DNA of 64,000 nucleotides from a virus, in IMG/VR virus record IMGVR_UViG_3300042923_000619, positions 64,001-128,000 of that record. The stretch is one strand, 5' to 3'. Below the pieces are notes generated by a model. The model worked only from the letters and a program-made list of their open reading frames with translations. It ran no database searches and was not told the DNA's origin. How positions within the stretch are numbered: the stretch's first letter is position 1; every line of letters begins with the position of its first letter. Shown in pieces: positions 39,930 through 50,167 of this stretch. A program made the position numbers and the translations under genes.

Positions 39930-41822
39930 TCTTATTACTCCTTTTAGATTGTTGTATTTAATGTTGTATATTATATAGGTATGTGTGCAATTTAAATTTG
40001 ATACCAGTTTATTTATATTATTTTAAATAGGGTAGGTAGTATATGCTAGGTACTTATATTATAAATTTAAAAATATACCCCTCCCATATTGGTATTATTT
40101 GCTTGTAGTAATTGTTGTATATATTAGTTATAATTTAGCTGTGCAAAAGTTTTTCATTAATCACATTTAATTCTATTTAATAAATTTAATCTTAATCTTT
40201 TTAAGACTATCTTATATAGATGGTCTTATTTTTATGTCTAATTTAAAGTATTAGTGAAAGAAAATAGATATTAGTTATTGGATGACAGAAAAGTGGTCTT
40301 AAAATTCATGTGAAGTGGGTTAGATTTAATTTTTGAAATTTGATGAAATATTAAATTACGATGATGATGTTTCGTAAGCAGATAATTTTTAGTGTTTTAA
40401 ATAGGCTATAGCCTTGATCTATACTGGGTTTGAACGATGTTTATATATGGTAGGTTAGTGGTCATTAAATGATGTTGGATAGTTGATATCGGTGAAAGTG
40501 GCTTGTAGACTAGGTTTGAATATGTTTTATGTCTAGAAATGTGCAATTTTAGTCATTTTTAAAATGTGCTTAACCGTTGATATGACTAGCTTGAGTCGAA
40601 GCACTTTACGATGTTAATGTTCGTGTTTTAGTCTTCGTTGTCAAAATTATCCGTATAGACGAGTAGAACACATGTGCCGAACATTTGTTCTACTAACCAT
40701 CCAAAATATGTAAAACATGCCCCCCATACCAATATACAAGCCATTCTTATCAATACGATACATTCCAAGACCAAATAACCATAATACGAACAGATGCGAA
40801 CGTCTCAAAACGTTGGTATCACTGGCTTTAAGTTATTTCGAGAAATGTGTATTTCCCGAAATTATCGGTAAATGCCGATTAACTTATTTGATTAATATAA
40901 ATATTGAGCAGTAGAGAGAGTAGAACAAGTGTACTTATAAAATGTTGCTTTTAACTGGTCATATAATAGGGAACTGGCAACCATCCAAATTTTTGAAAAC
41001 CGAATGTTTTATTTTAATGGTGGTTTAATATTCGATTTTAAGTTGCTTTGCTTACTGCAACACTTACTTTAGCACGTTAAAGCGTTAATGTATTAAATAT
41101 ATAAAGTGATACATTGCTAACACGTTAAACTATTAGCAGAGCATATCGAGACAGTTAAATTATATACTTACTAATAGTAACAAACACACATTAAATACAA
41201 CACTAACATATTACAACTTATAACCACATTACATAAAAGTACTTACTAATAATATAATACTAGATAACTATTAATAATATACTAACATAACTATATCTAC
41301 TTACTTAAAGTAACCAACTAATATACAATTCAATATCAATCTCTAATTACTGTAAACATAATATCATATTCAGCAAATAAACACAACAACATTAATATAC
41401 TGGAATCAGATCACAATATAAAAACACGAATACTTCACACTATAAACTCACATCAATTTTAACAGAAATATCAATTCAAATAATAAATTAATAGATAACT
41501 TATAAGTATAAACAATAAACTTAATTGAGAATATACGTGAGAATCGATGCTATCAAACCCAACAATACACTCATTATCAATAGTTCTCAACTAATTAAAC
41601 ACACCAATTGAGAACGTAAATGATAATAACATACATCTAATTGATAATAGAGTATAAAATAGCTAAAATTACTGAATTTCCTTTAATTTATTGAATATAG
41701 ATATAACCCAGTAAATTATCTAATATCATAAACACGAACTATAAATACAAACTGACTAATAACATACGTAATTATTAAATCTAAAAATATTATAAAATAT
41801 CTAACAAATTAACATAAATATA
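39930..41822. other. Non-coding divergence/control region between the two arms
   Basis: No credible ORF; strand-composition switch; LexA-type boxes. Confidence 0.65.
40666..40690. promoter_or_regulatory. Tandem LexA-type boxes
   Basis: GAACACATGTGC (40666) and perfect GAACATTTGTTC (40679); a further GAACAAGTGTAC at 40923. Confidence 0.6.
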
Positions 41823-41851
41823 TTGACTTATGCACTAAAAAGGAGTATATT
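41823..41851 (+). promoter_or_regulatory. sigmaA promoter, first of the right arm
   Basis: TTGACT-17-TATATT flanked by AACAAATTAA at 41803 and 41863. Confidence 0.65.
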
Positions 41852-41890
41852 TATATTAAGGAAACAAATTAAAATAATAAATGAAAGAGG

Positions 41891-42112
41891 TTGATTGATA
41901 TGACAATATCAGATATTAGAAGATGGATTGTATTAACAAACAAAAGCTATAAAGAATGGATCAAAGAGAATAATAAATATATGGCAGAGCAATACTTTGA
42001 TAAACGAAAAAGTTATTTAGACCAATTCAGTAAATATTACCATAATAAACAAGGAGAATTCACAAAAGAACAACAAATGTTTTACGATAGAAACAGTAAA
42101 GAATATGAATAA
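41891..42112 (+). CDS. Hypothetical protein
   Basis: GAGGT RBS; terminator hairpin AAGGCTGAAAAGCCTT follows. Confidence 0.6.
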   Translation: MIDMTISDIRRWIVLTNKSYKEWIKENNKYMAEQYFDKRKSYLDQFSKYYHNKQGEFTKEQQMFYDRNSKEYE

Positions 42113-42205
42113 TTAAGGCTGAAAAGCCTTTTTTATTTGTTGCAAATGATGTATAATTTGTCGAAAAATTTTTATATATTTATATTAATTTATTTCAAAA
42201 AACTA

Positions 42206-42234
42206 TATACAAATCAATAAAATGAGAGTATAAT
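42206..42234 (+). promoter_or_regulatory. sigmaA promoter
   Basis: TATACA-17-TATAAT; Spo0A-type box at 42159; operator at 42264. Confidence 0.55.
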
Positions 42235-42300
42235 CTATAGTATAGGGAACAAGGAAAGACGTAAACAAATTAATAAAAATATGAAGGAGTTGTTCAGATT

Positions 42301-42606
42301 ATGAAAAAAGTAGATTTTATAAAAGTGGTAAATGGAATGAATAAGGAAAATGAAATTGAAAGCTTTGACATTACAATATGGCATGAAGGTTCAGAAATAT
42401 ATACAGAAGTTTTAGTAAACGGAAATGAACCATTTACATATGGAGAAATAGAAAACTGGTATGAAGGTGAAACAATAGAAGATACAGAAGAAAATATATC
42501 TAAACTTTTAAAAGATGCTAAAAAAATTGAAGCTAACATAATCAAATGGATAAAAGGAACTTGTTTCCAAGGAACTAAAATAGTAATAAAAGAAGAGAAT
42601 ATATAA
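42301..42606 (+). CDS. Acidic hypothetical protein
   Basis: GGAG RBS; hairpin after the stop. Confidence 0.6.
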   Translation: MKKVDFIKVVNGMNKENEIESFDITIWHEGSEIYTEVLVNGNEPFTYGEIENWYEGETIEDTEENISKLLKDAKKIEANIIKWIKGTCFQGTKIVIKEENI

Positions 42607-42667
42607 ATTAGAAGGACGTAAAAATCCTTCTAATCTTTCATTATTTAAACAGAATAGAGGTGATTTA

Positions 42668-42883
42668 ATGATGAAAAAATTTATAATATATTATGCTAAA
42701 AAAGATATAATCTTTGAAAATAGTGGAAGTTTCGCAATTATAAAAGCAGAATCATATAGGGATGCAAAAGAAAAATTTAAATATTATATAGTATCTAACA
42801 AAGAAACATTTGGGAACTTTATAGACTATTATTTTGACATAAAAGAAGAAGATAATTATAATTTTCAAGAAATACAAGTCTGA
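42668..42883 (+). CDS. Hypothetical protein
   Basis: GAGGTG RBS. Confidence 0.55.
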   Translation: MMKKFIIYYAKKDIIFENSGSFAIIKAESYRDAKEKFKYYIVSNKETFGNFIDYYFDIKEEDNYNFQEIQV

Positions 42884-42924
42884 TAAAAATATGATATAAT
42901 AAAATTGGTGGTGAAATTTATATA

Positions 42925-43338
42925 ATGAATGAAAATTTAAACTGGTTTAAGATATTTGAAAATAAAACACTATCAAGAATTATTTTTGAAATTATAGTAT
43001 ATAGAAACAAAGTTAAGAACAAAAATACCAATGAGGAAGACTTAATTTTTATTCTTACTAGTAATTTTATAAAAATAAAAAATGTATCTTTAGATTTGTG
43101 TAATGGAATAGATATAAAAGATATCAACAATTCTTTGAAGGAGTTAGAGAATAAAGGATATATAAAAATAGAACAAATTGAAAAATTCATTCTTGATAAT
43201 GCATATTTAGCAATGGGACACAGTGAAAATATAAATATTTATTTATTAACTAATAAGGCAGATAAATTTATAAATGAAAAATATAAAATTATAAGGAGAA
43301 CCAACTCAAATGACAGTAGTAATAAGAATAATAGCTGA
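42925..43338 (+). CDS. Putative winged-helix protein
   Basis: INNSLKELENKGYI...YLLT.KA wHTH-like pattern. Confidence 0.5.
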   Translation: MNENLNWFKIFENKTLSRIIFEIIVYRNKVKNKNTNEEDLIFILTSNFIKIKNVSLDLCNGIDIKDINNSLKELENKGYIKIEQIEKFILDNAYLAMGHSENINIYLLTNKADKFINEKYKIIRRTNSNDSSNKNNS

Positions 43339-43498
43339 ATACTTAAACATGTTAAAAGACTTTCAAACAGAATACAAAATATCAAGAAAAAGTTTTATAT
43401 TGCATCATAAAGAAAAAACTTTTGTTGTAAATCTTGAAGAAATTGACAACAAAGAAAATTTAAATGATTATGAATTGATTGATAAATATTGTAAATAA
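43310..43498 (+). CDS. Hypothetical protein
   Basis: AAGGAG RBS inside the upstream gene. Confidence 0.5.
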   Translation: MTVVIRIIAEYLNMLKDFQTEYKISRKSFILHHKEKTFVVNLEEIDNKENLNDYELIDKYCK

Positions 43499-43521
43499 AA
43501 AAATTTTAGGAGTGATTATTT

Positions 43522-43746
43522 ATGGTAAATATAGAAAATCAAAAAGAATTAATTAAAAAATTAGAATGGATTAAAAGTGGATTAGATAATAATAGATATG
43601 ATAGATTAGAAACAGAACATGACGAGTTTGATTATTTAACAGATGGATTAAAGAAAAAATTTTTAGATGCTGTTAAAGAGGAATTAAAAGAACAGAAACA
43701 AATTTTAAAAAATTTAAAAGGAACTCAAAAATTATTATCCAAATAA
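43522..43746 (+). CDS. Hypothetical protein
   Basis: AGGAG RBS; terminator AGACTATAGA...TCTATAGTCT at about 43763-43793. Confidence 0.55.
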   Translation: MVNIENQKELIKKLEWIKSGLDNNRYDRLETEHDEFDYLTDGLKKKFLDAVKEELKEQKQILKNLKGTQKLLSK

Positions 43747-44619
43747 AAATAATTAACCAATAAGACTATAGAAAAAATAAAAATCTATAGTCTATTTTTA
43801 TATCCAAAAATAAAAAAATAATATTACTGCAATTATTTATGATAAAAAATATCCAATAAAACCACGCTCAGGACTCCACAATAAGAAAAAAATAATTTTC
43901 CGATAACTTATATCTTGAAAAATAAAATTGCTTAAATAGGCTAATATGCTATATGTAAAAATTTTTTCTATGATGTTAAAATTAAAAAATATTCTCAGCA
44001 CATCAACAGATTAACCACTTGAATTCTAACGAAAAAATAAATTTAAGTAGAAATAAATTAAGATAAATACTTTAACGAATAAAAAGTTAATTGAGAATAA
44101 AATACACAAAGTCAGCATATAAACATAGCAAATAAGCCACTCATAATAAAATTAAAATAAAAAATTTTCTAAATGAGAATGCTAATTGAGAATGAAGTGA
44201 AAACTTGAAGAAAATAAAAAAAATTTTATTAAAAGTAGAAAAAATGATTTTTTAAAGAGTTCTAGAAATAGGATTCTTTTTATTATTTCAATCAAATACA
44301 AAACGTATAGTAACTAAAAATATAATTATATAGAAAATACACTATAACAACATTACAAACATACTACAAGGCTATTAAGAGCATTATAGACAATATTAGA
44401 CATAATAATATTATAATTAAACAACGCTCAAAACGACTCACAAAAACAATTAAAATCAGCTAACAATAAAGCACAACTAAAAAGAGACTATAATCACTAA
44501 TGAAAATAATCTCTTAATAACTTATGAAAGCTTAATCATATAAGCCTGCTTTGATGCACTTTTAAATTGTAATCTATATTAATTTATTATGTATGATCTA
44601 ATCTATTGATAATATATAA

Positions 44620-44790
44620 TTATAAATATAATTCTGTTTTACACTTTGTAAAACAATCTGCCAAAGTAGAGCATTCTGTAAAATTCTTATAAACAGTATC
44701 TCTAGCAATAGAATACATTAACATACTAGAACCGTAATTTGCACTAATTTCTTTATAAAAATGTCTTAATAATCTGTTTAACATAATCAT
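44620..44790 (-). CDS. Small protein, 56 aa, opposite to the arm direction (not in the ORF track)
   Basis: AAAGGTGG RBS; own promoter TTGCAA(44856-61)-17-TAGAAT(44833-38); MIMLNRLLRHFYKEISANYGSS... Confidence 0.55.
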   Translation of the reverse strand: MIMLNRLLRHFYKEISANYGSSMLMYSIARDTVYKNFTECSTLADCFTKCKTELYL

Positions 44791-44984
44791 CAACCACCTT
44801 TAATTATTTTAATTTGTTTTAACCTATAATTAATTCTAACATATAATATTAATAATTGCAATAGTATTTATTTTAATTTGTTTAAAATTTTATAAAAAAT
44901 ATCTTTCTATATATACACCAATTAAAATATGCTTTTTATCTATATTTCTTTCTATTAATTTATTATTTATTTTCATTAAAACTA

Positions 44985-45012
44985 TTGCAATTTTGGTAAA
45001 TGAGAGTATAAT
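44985..45012 (+). promoter_or_regulatory. sigmaA promoter
   Basis: TTGCAA-16-TATAAT; AACAAATTAAT at 45032. Confidence 0.55.
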
Positions 45013-45064
45013 AGTAATTAGATAAGACGTTAACAAATTAATAAAAAGTAAAGGGGTTTTAAAT

Positions 45065-45583
45065 ATGAAAACAACAGAATTAAGAATACCAACAATTGAA
45101 ACATTTTTAGCAACTTGGAGAACAAACGCATTTGATTATTATAAAGAAGCAATAAGAAAAGGTAGAGAAATTGAAGAAGATCATAAAGCATGGTGTCAAT
45201 CTCAAAAAGAAGAATACAAAGCGAATGGCGAAAGATGGTATGATGCATTAGGAATGGAACACTGGAAAACAACGGTTAAAAAATATTGGGAAGAAAATAA
45301 AACAGCTAAAAACATAAAAGATTATGGAGTACAAGAAGAAGATAAAAGAATTAACAAAATGTTAGATGTAGAAATAGAGAATAAAAGATTTGCTCTAATA
45401 GATAGAACAGAAAAGAAAATAGGAACTATAACAGATGCTTCAAATTTATACATAGCAAGTAACGGAGAAATAAACGGATTTATAATAGGAACTGAAGGAA
45501 AAGCAAATGTAAATACAGTTTATGCTGGAGGATATCACATTCAAAGATTACACTATAGGGTATTAGTTAATAAAGTAAAATAG
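45065..45583 (+). CDS. Conserved phage protein of unknown function
   Basis: C-terminal AGGY.IQRLHYRVLV motif recalled from phage early regions. Confidence 0.6.
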   Translation: MKTTELRIPTIETFLATWRTNAFDYYKEAIRKGREIEEDHKAWCQSQKEEYKANGERWYDALGMEHWKTTVKKYWEENKTAKNIKDYGVQEEDKRINKMLDVEIENKRFALIDRTEKKIGTITDASNLYIASNGEINGFIIGTEGKANVNTVYAGGYHIQRLHYRVLVNKVK

Positions 45584-45627
45584 AAAAGGAGGGTGAAAAC
45601 CTTCCTAAACTTTAGGAGGTATGTAAA

Positions 45628-45786
45628 ATGTCAAAATTAAATGATTTATTATTTTCAATCAAAGAAAATTTAAAAATGTACTCTTATACTTCAAATATTT
45701 CATTTTTTAATGATGCTAAAAAAGAGTATGAAGAGTATAAGAAAAGAAATGGTAAAAGAATAGTTGATAAGTTAGAAAATGTTTAA
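45628..45786 (+). CDS. Small protein, 52 aa (not in the ORF track)
   Basis: AGGAGGT RBS; MSKLNDLLFSIKENLKMY...; terminator follows. Confidence 0.6.
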   Translation: MSKLNDLLFSIKENLKMYSYTSNISFFNDAKKEYEEYKKRNGKRIVDKLENV

Positions 45787-45859
45787 GAAGTTGAGGAAAT
45801 CAGCTTCTTTTTTTATTGTGTGATCTATAATAAAATTATTTAGACTTTATATTAATTTA

Positions 45860-45888
45860 TTTACATTACTAATTATATATGTTATAAT
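45860..45888 (+). promoter_or_regulatory. sigmaA promoter
   Basis: TTTACA-17-TATAAT preceded by ATTAATTTATT. Confidence 0.6.
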
Positions 45889-45922
45889 TAACTCAAGAAA
45901 TCACTTAAGGAGTTGTTTTAAT

Positions 45923-46423
45923 ATGAAACTAGGAGAATATAAAAGCTTTTTACAATTTGTAAAGGAAAGAACACCAGAACTTAAAAACTTAGATATACAA
46001 GTAACTAAAGGAGATCAATTCTCTACAGAAAAAATAAGTGATTATTTTGTAATTGATACAATAGATAAATTAAATGATACTTTAAACGTATTTACTTGTA
46101 TGTATTTTGAAAATAAAATAAATCAATATATATATTGGTTTAATAGAGATTATAATGAAGCTTTTGTATTGCTACATGAAATAGGTCATATAATTACAAG
46201 AAACTTATATAATAACAATGATTTAATACAAGAATACAACTCATTAAAAGAAACTACATACAATAGCACTTATGAAGCATTTACAGCTAATAGAATGCTA
46301 CCATGTGAAGTATTAGCAGATAATTTTGCAATAGAATTCACTAATAAATATTTTTATGAATTAGTAGAATATTTTACTGGAATGGATAAAGTGAAAGCAG
46401 ATGAATTTTTAGAAATATTTTAA
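45923..46423 (+). CDS. HExxH metallopeptidase, ImmA/IrrE-like
   Basis: LLHEIGHII ... E.LADNFA. Confidence 0.65.
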   Translation: MKLGEYKSFLQFVKERTPELKNLDIQVTKGDQFSTEKISDYFVIDTIDKLNDTLNVFTCMYFENKINQYIYWFNRDYNEAFVLLHEIGHIITRNLYNNNDLIQEYNSLKETTYNSTYEAFTANRMLPCEVLADNFAIEFTNKYFYELVEYFTGMDKVKADEFLEIF

Positions 46424-46506
46424 GGGTTGTTAAAAGCAACTCTTTTTTATTTGCTCAAATATATCTATATACTTAAAAATAAATTCTGTTTCTTTATATT
46501 AATTTA

Positions 46507-46535
46507 TTGACAATATTAAAATATAAGCGTATAAT
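46507..46535 (+). promoter_or_regulatory. Consensus sigmaA promoter
   Basis: TTGACA-17-TATAAT. Confidence 0.8.
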
Positions 46536-46703
46536 ACTAAGTATAGGAAGTGGTTACAACTTAAAACCTTTTAAATCTACAGACTAAACTACCTAGTACG
46601 ATAGTCTAAAGTATAAAATTTAAATAGTTCAAGTTGTAACTTACATAGTAAATCAGATCAGCAAGTTAAACAAATTAAAATAATTAAAGTGAGGTAGATT
46701 GAT

Positions 46704-48590
46704 ATGTTGAAATTAGTAGAAGGTCAATATGTTAAATTAACAGGAATGGAAGTAAAAGGAGAAAACGACATCTATATAGTAGATTGGGATAGAAGTGTAA
46801 AAAGAGAATATTACAATGTTACTAAGGATTCATATTCATTACATAAAGTTAAACTTGATGGAACTAAAAAACAATCTGGATATAATTTAGTTAATTATGA
46901 TGCTAGAGAAATAAAGAAAAATCCTAACATGAAAATTGAAGTTGTAACAGATTTAAAGAAAGCCAAGAAGGAAATTAATGAGTATTTAAAAGCTAGAGAA
47001 TCTGAAGAAATAGTTGTTACTTTTGAAAAAGCTGATTGTCAAGAAGTTAAACATCTTTCAATTATAAGAATGACAGAAGGTTTAAAAATAGGTTTTTGGG
47101 GTGAATCTTATTTATCTAATAATTCTTTATGGAAGGTTAAAATCAGAGAAGATAAAACAATATATATAACTGAATTAGGTAAAAAAGGTCAAGAACTTTC
47201 AAATAGCAGAATGTATGGTTGCAACTTAGCATTAACTAATCAAATATTATCAAAATCAGAAGTTGTTGAGAAAATTGAAACTAAAAAAGGTGATATGATA
47301 GCAGAAACTAAAAAAGAAGTTGAACCAGTTGAAGTTATAGAAAATAGAGAACCAGTTCAAGAAATTATTACAGAAACTCCAACAGTTGAAACTATAGAAG
47401 AACAAAACGAAGTAAAAACAGAGTCAAACGAACTTGCTTCAACTCAACAAATTGAAACTAATGAAATAGAATTTACAGTATCAGAAGATACTCACACAAA
47501 AACAGGGAAAAAGATATTTGTAGCTAAGTTAACAAGAACACTTTCAAAAGCTGAATTTATAAATATATCAATCAGAATTAAACCACTTGGAGGATATTAC
47601 AGCAGTTTCAAAAAAGGATTTTTATTTGATAATAACCCAATAGAAGCACTTCAAAAAGAATTTAATACTAATGCAGTAAATGAAACTATTGAAAATATAG
47701 AATCAATTCAAGAACCACAAAAGGCAGAACAACAACCAGAGATAATAATCAATGAAGAACTTGCAAAAAGAGCAAAAGAAAATATGTCATTTAATGATTA
47801 CAAAGAAGGTTCAGCAACAGAAGAGTATAACAGAGTTGTTGAGAATATGACACAAAAAATTAATGAAGCTACAGAACAAGTAAAAGATGATAGCGAGAAA
47901 ATATCTCAACTTGATTACTTATTAAATAAATTCAAAAAAGATTATGCTAATTGGACTAATAAACATAACGCAAATGGGGCTATTCATGTTAGTTGGATGA
48001 TATCAGGGCGTGGAAATTATAACATGAATAAGCATAATAAATGGGAATCAAGAGAAGGCAAGTTGTGGGCAGAATACAACGATATAATGGCAATAGATGA
48101 TAAAATAGATAAAATCATATATAGTAAAAAAATAATTAAATCTACTGACAGTGATGCGTTAGAAAAATTAAAAGAAAAATTAGCAGAAGAACAAAAGGCA
48201 CATGATGAAATGGTAAGCTATAATAAGCAAGCTAGAAAAGAAAACAAAGAAGTATATCCGACTTACATGTTAACTAATAGCAATCAAAGAATAAAAAATA
48301 TTAAAGATAGAATAAGTCAGCTTGAGAAGTTAGAAGAGTTAAAACAAACTAAAGGCAATACAGAAATTGAAATTAATGGAATTAAGATTGTCGATAATTT
48401 AGAAGCTAATAGAGTGCAAATGATTTTTCCAGATAAACCAGAAGAAAACATAAGAAAAATATTAAAGTCAAATGGTTTTAGATACTCTTATACTTATGGA
48501 GCATGGCAACGCAATAGAAACAGTTTATCAATGATGAAAGCAAAAAGCATAGCTGAATCATTAAAAGATAATAATTCTATAGCAGTATAA
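46704..48590 (+). CDS. Multidomain polyvalent-type protein
   Basis: GGYYSSFKKGFLF module; SWMISGRGN and C-terminal RVQMIFPDKP...LKSNGFR...AWQR modules resembling DUF3560/LPD-type proteins. Confidence 0.55.
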   Translation: MLKLVEGQYVKLTGMEVKGENDIYIVDWDRSVKREYYNVTKDSYSLHKVKLDGTKKQSGYNLVNYDAREIKKNPNMKIEVVTDLKKAKKEINEYLKARESEEIVVTFEKADCQEVKHLSIIRMTEGLKIGFWGESYLSNNSLWKVKIREDKTIYITELGKKGQELSNSRMYGCNLALTNQILSKSEVVEKIETKKGDMIAETKKEVEPVEVIENREPVQEIITETPTVETIEEQNEVKTESNELASTQQIETNEIEFTVSEDTHTKTGKKIFVAKLTRTLSKAEFINISIRIKPLGGYYSSFKKGFLFDNNPIEALQKEFNTNAVNETIENIESIQEPQKAEQQPEIIINEELAKRAKENMSFNDYKEGSATEEYNRVVENMTQKINEATEQVKDDSEKISQLDYLLNKFKKDYANWTNKHNANGAIHVSWMISGRGNYNMNKHNKWESREGKLWAEYNDIMAIDDKIDKIIYSKKIIKSTDSDALEKLKEKLAEEQKAHDEMVSYNKQARKENKEVYPTYMLTNSNQRIKNIKDRISQLEKLEELKQTKGNTEIEINGIKIVDNLEANRVQMIFPDKPEENIRKILKSNGFRYSYTYGAWQRNRNSLSMMKAKSIAESLKDNNSIAV

Positions 48591-48836
48591 GAAAAAAAAT
48601 TATAAGGTTGTTAATAAATTCTAGATAAAACTTAACAACCTTTAAACCTTATAAATAACAAAAAAAATATCAATACAAATATCTTACAAGACCACGCACG
48701 ACCAAAAATTAATAATCTAATACAATTACACCTTTTGAGAAAATATCTCTTAAATAGGCTATAAAGTGGGATATAATTAAATCATAATAAGCAATTAATC
48801 ATGTCTAAAATAAATTAATAGATATAAACAAAAAGC

Positions 48837-48865
48837 TTGACTTTAATATCCAACAAGTGTAATAT
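48837..48865 (+). promoter_or_regulatory. sigmaA promoter
   Basis: TTGACT-17-TAATAT; spacer holds ATCCAACA; AACAAATTAAT at 48897. Confidence 0.6.
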
Positions 48866-48960
48866 GATAGATAAGAGGTACGTAAACCCAACAAGTAACA
48901 AATTAATAAAGCTACCTACTAATTATTAGAGGTTAAAGCAGTGAAAGGAATTGATTAATT

Positions 48961-49326
48961 ATGAATACACAATTAAATAAAACCATAGATAATATGACTA
49001 AGGAATCAATGCAGGATTTACTTAAATGGATGGTAAACACGCAAAGCGAAGAAGTAAAAGAAAACATGTTAAAGTATTTCAAAAATAACGAAAAATCAGA
49101 TTTAATTTTTATCAAAAATGTAATAGATGTTAATGTTGATGGATTAAACGGAATTAATCATTATAAGATTCAAGCACAATATAATAAAATAGATAATGAA
49201 GGTTATGCAACATTAATACATAAATTAGTAGATGAATTTGATTATACATGGGATGAAATAGAGCAAGAAGGTGGAGTTTCAGAAATCAACAAGCAATTAA
49301 AAGAATGTTATAATGTTGAATTATAA
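48961..49326 (+). CDS. Hypothetical protein
   Basis: AAAGGA RBS. Confidence 0.6.
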   Translation: MNTQLNKTIDNMTKESMQDLLKWMVNTQSEEVKENMLKYFKNNEKSDLIFIKNVIDVNVDGLNGINHYKIQAQYNKIDNEGYATLIHKLVDEFDYTWDEIEQEGGVSEINKQLKECYNVEL

Positions 49327-49365
49327 AAGGTCATTGCAGTACCTCAAAACTGCAAAATAAATTTA

Positions 49366-49722
49366 ATGAGGTGTATTAATATGAATAAAGAACAATTACA
49401 ACAACAAATTAAAGAACAAGAAGAGAAAAATATAAGCCTTGGTAAAATATTTCAATATAGATTACAAGACAAAGAAATGCAACCACTTATTCAAGAATGG
49501 AGAGAAGGTAGCAAAAAATTAATGTTATTGGATAATGAATTATATAAATTAGAAATGAAAGAACGTGACGAAACATTAGCTAATGAAGATAATAAAAAAG
49601 AAACAAAAACTTTTGTTAATGGTTATGGTGAAGCAACAAAAAGATATATAACTAGTTCTACATATGAAAGAGCAGAAAAACGTAGACAAAAAGCAGTATT
49701 ATCATTTATAGGAAACCGTTAA
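49366..49722 (+). CDS. Hypothetical coiled-coil protein
   Basis: GAGGTG RBS favours the start at 49381. Confidence 0.55.
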   Translation: MRCINMNKEQLQQQIKEQEEKNISLGKIFQYRLQDKEMQPLIQEWREGSKKLMLLDNELYKLEMKERDETLANEDNKKETKTFVNGYGEATKRYITSSTYERAEKRRQKAVLSFIGNR

Positions 49723-49947
49723 ACTCATACATAGATAATAAATCTATTTAATATAAAATATAGTACAATCCACAAACAAGTGGTTAATATAGATAAAGAC
49801 TAACTTTTTAAAAATAATTAGAAAGTTAGTCTTAAAGTGCATTAAATAATAATTGAAAGGTGGCTTGATAAGATGCTGAGGAATGAATAAATTAATAAAG
49901 AATAGTAATCAAATAATCAAAAATCAATAAAAAAGGAATGATAAACT

Positions 49948-50133
49948 ATGAACAATTATTATTGTTATAATCCAGTAAAGAAAGACTTTATTTGTAATAT
50001 GGGACAAGTTTATATTGATAAAGGAACTCACTACATAACTAATAAAGAATATTGGATATTTGAAAGAGGTGATAAACTTGATAAGATATTGAACAAGTGG
50101 AGAGTATTCCAGAAAATGAGATTTGAAGATTAA
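49948..50133 (+). CDS. Small conserved protein
   Basis: YYCYNP...F....G..Y...GTH..T.KEYW.F pattern, recalled as DUF5659-like. Confidence 0.5.
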   Translation: MNNYYCYNPVKKDFICNMGQVYIDKGTHYITNKEYWIFERGDKLDKILNKWRVFQKMRFED

Positions 50134-50167
50134 TAAAAATATATAATAAGAGAGGTATTAAAACTAT

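Noticed and set aside
40717-40914. Plus-strand 65-aa ORF in the central region
   Set aside because: No RBS; composition unlike real genes of this element
41520-41650. Fur-box-like words (AATTGAGAAT, TGATAAT, ATTATCA) in an imperfect inverted repeat; similar words at about 44089 and 44184
   Set aside because: No complete 7-1-7 Fur palindrome, and these words are common in AT-rich DNA; too weak to call
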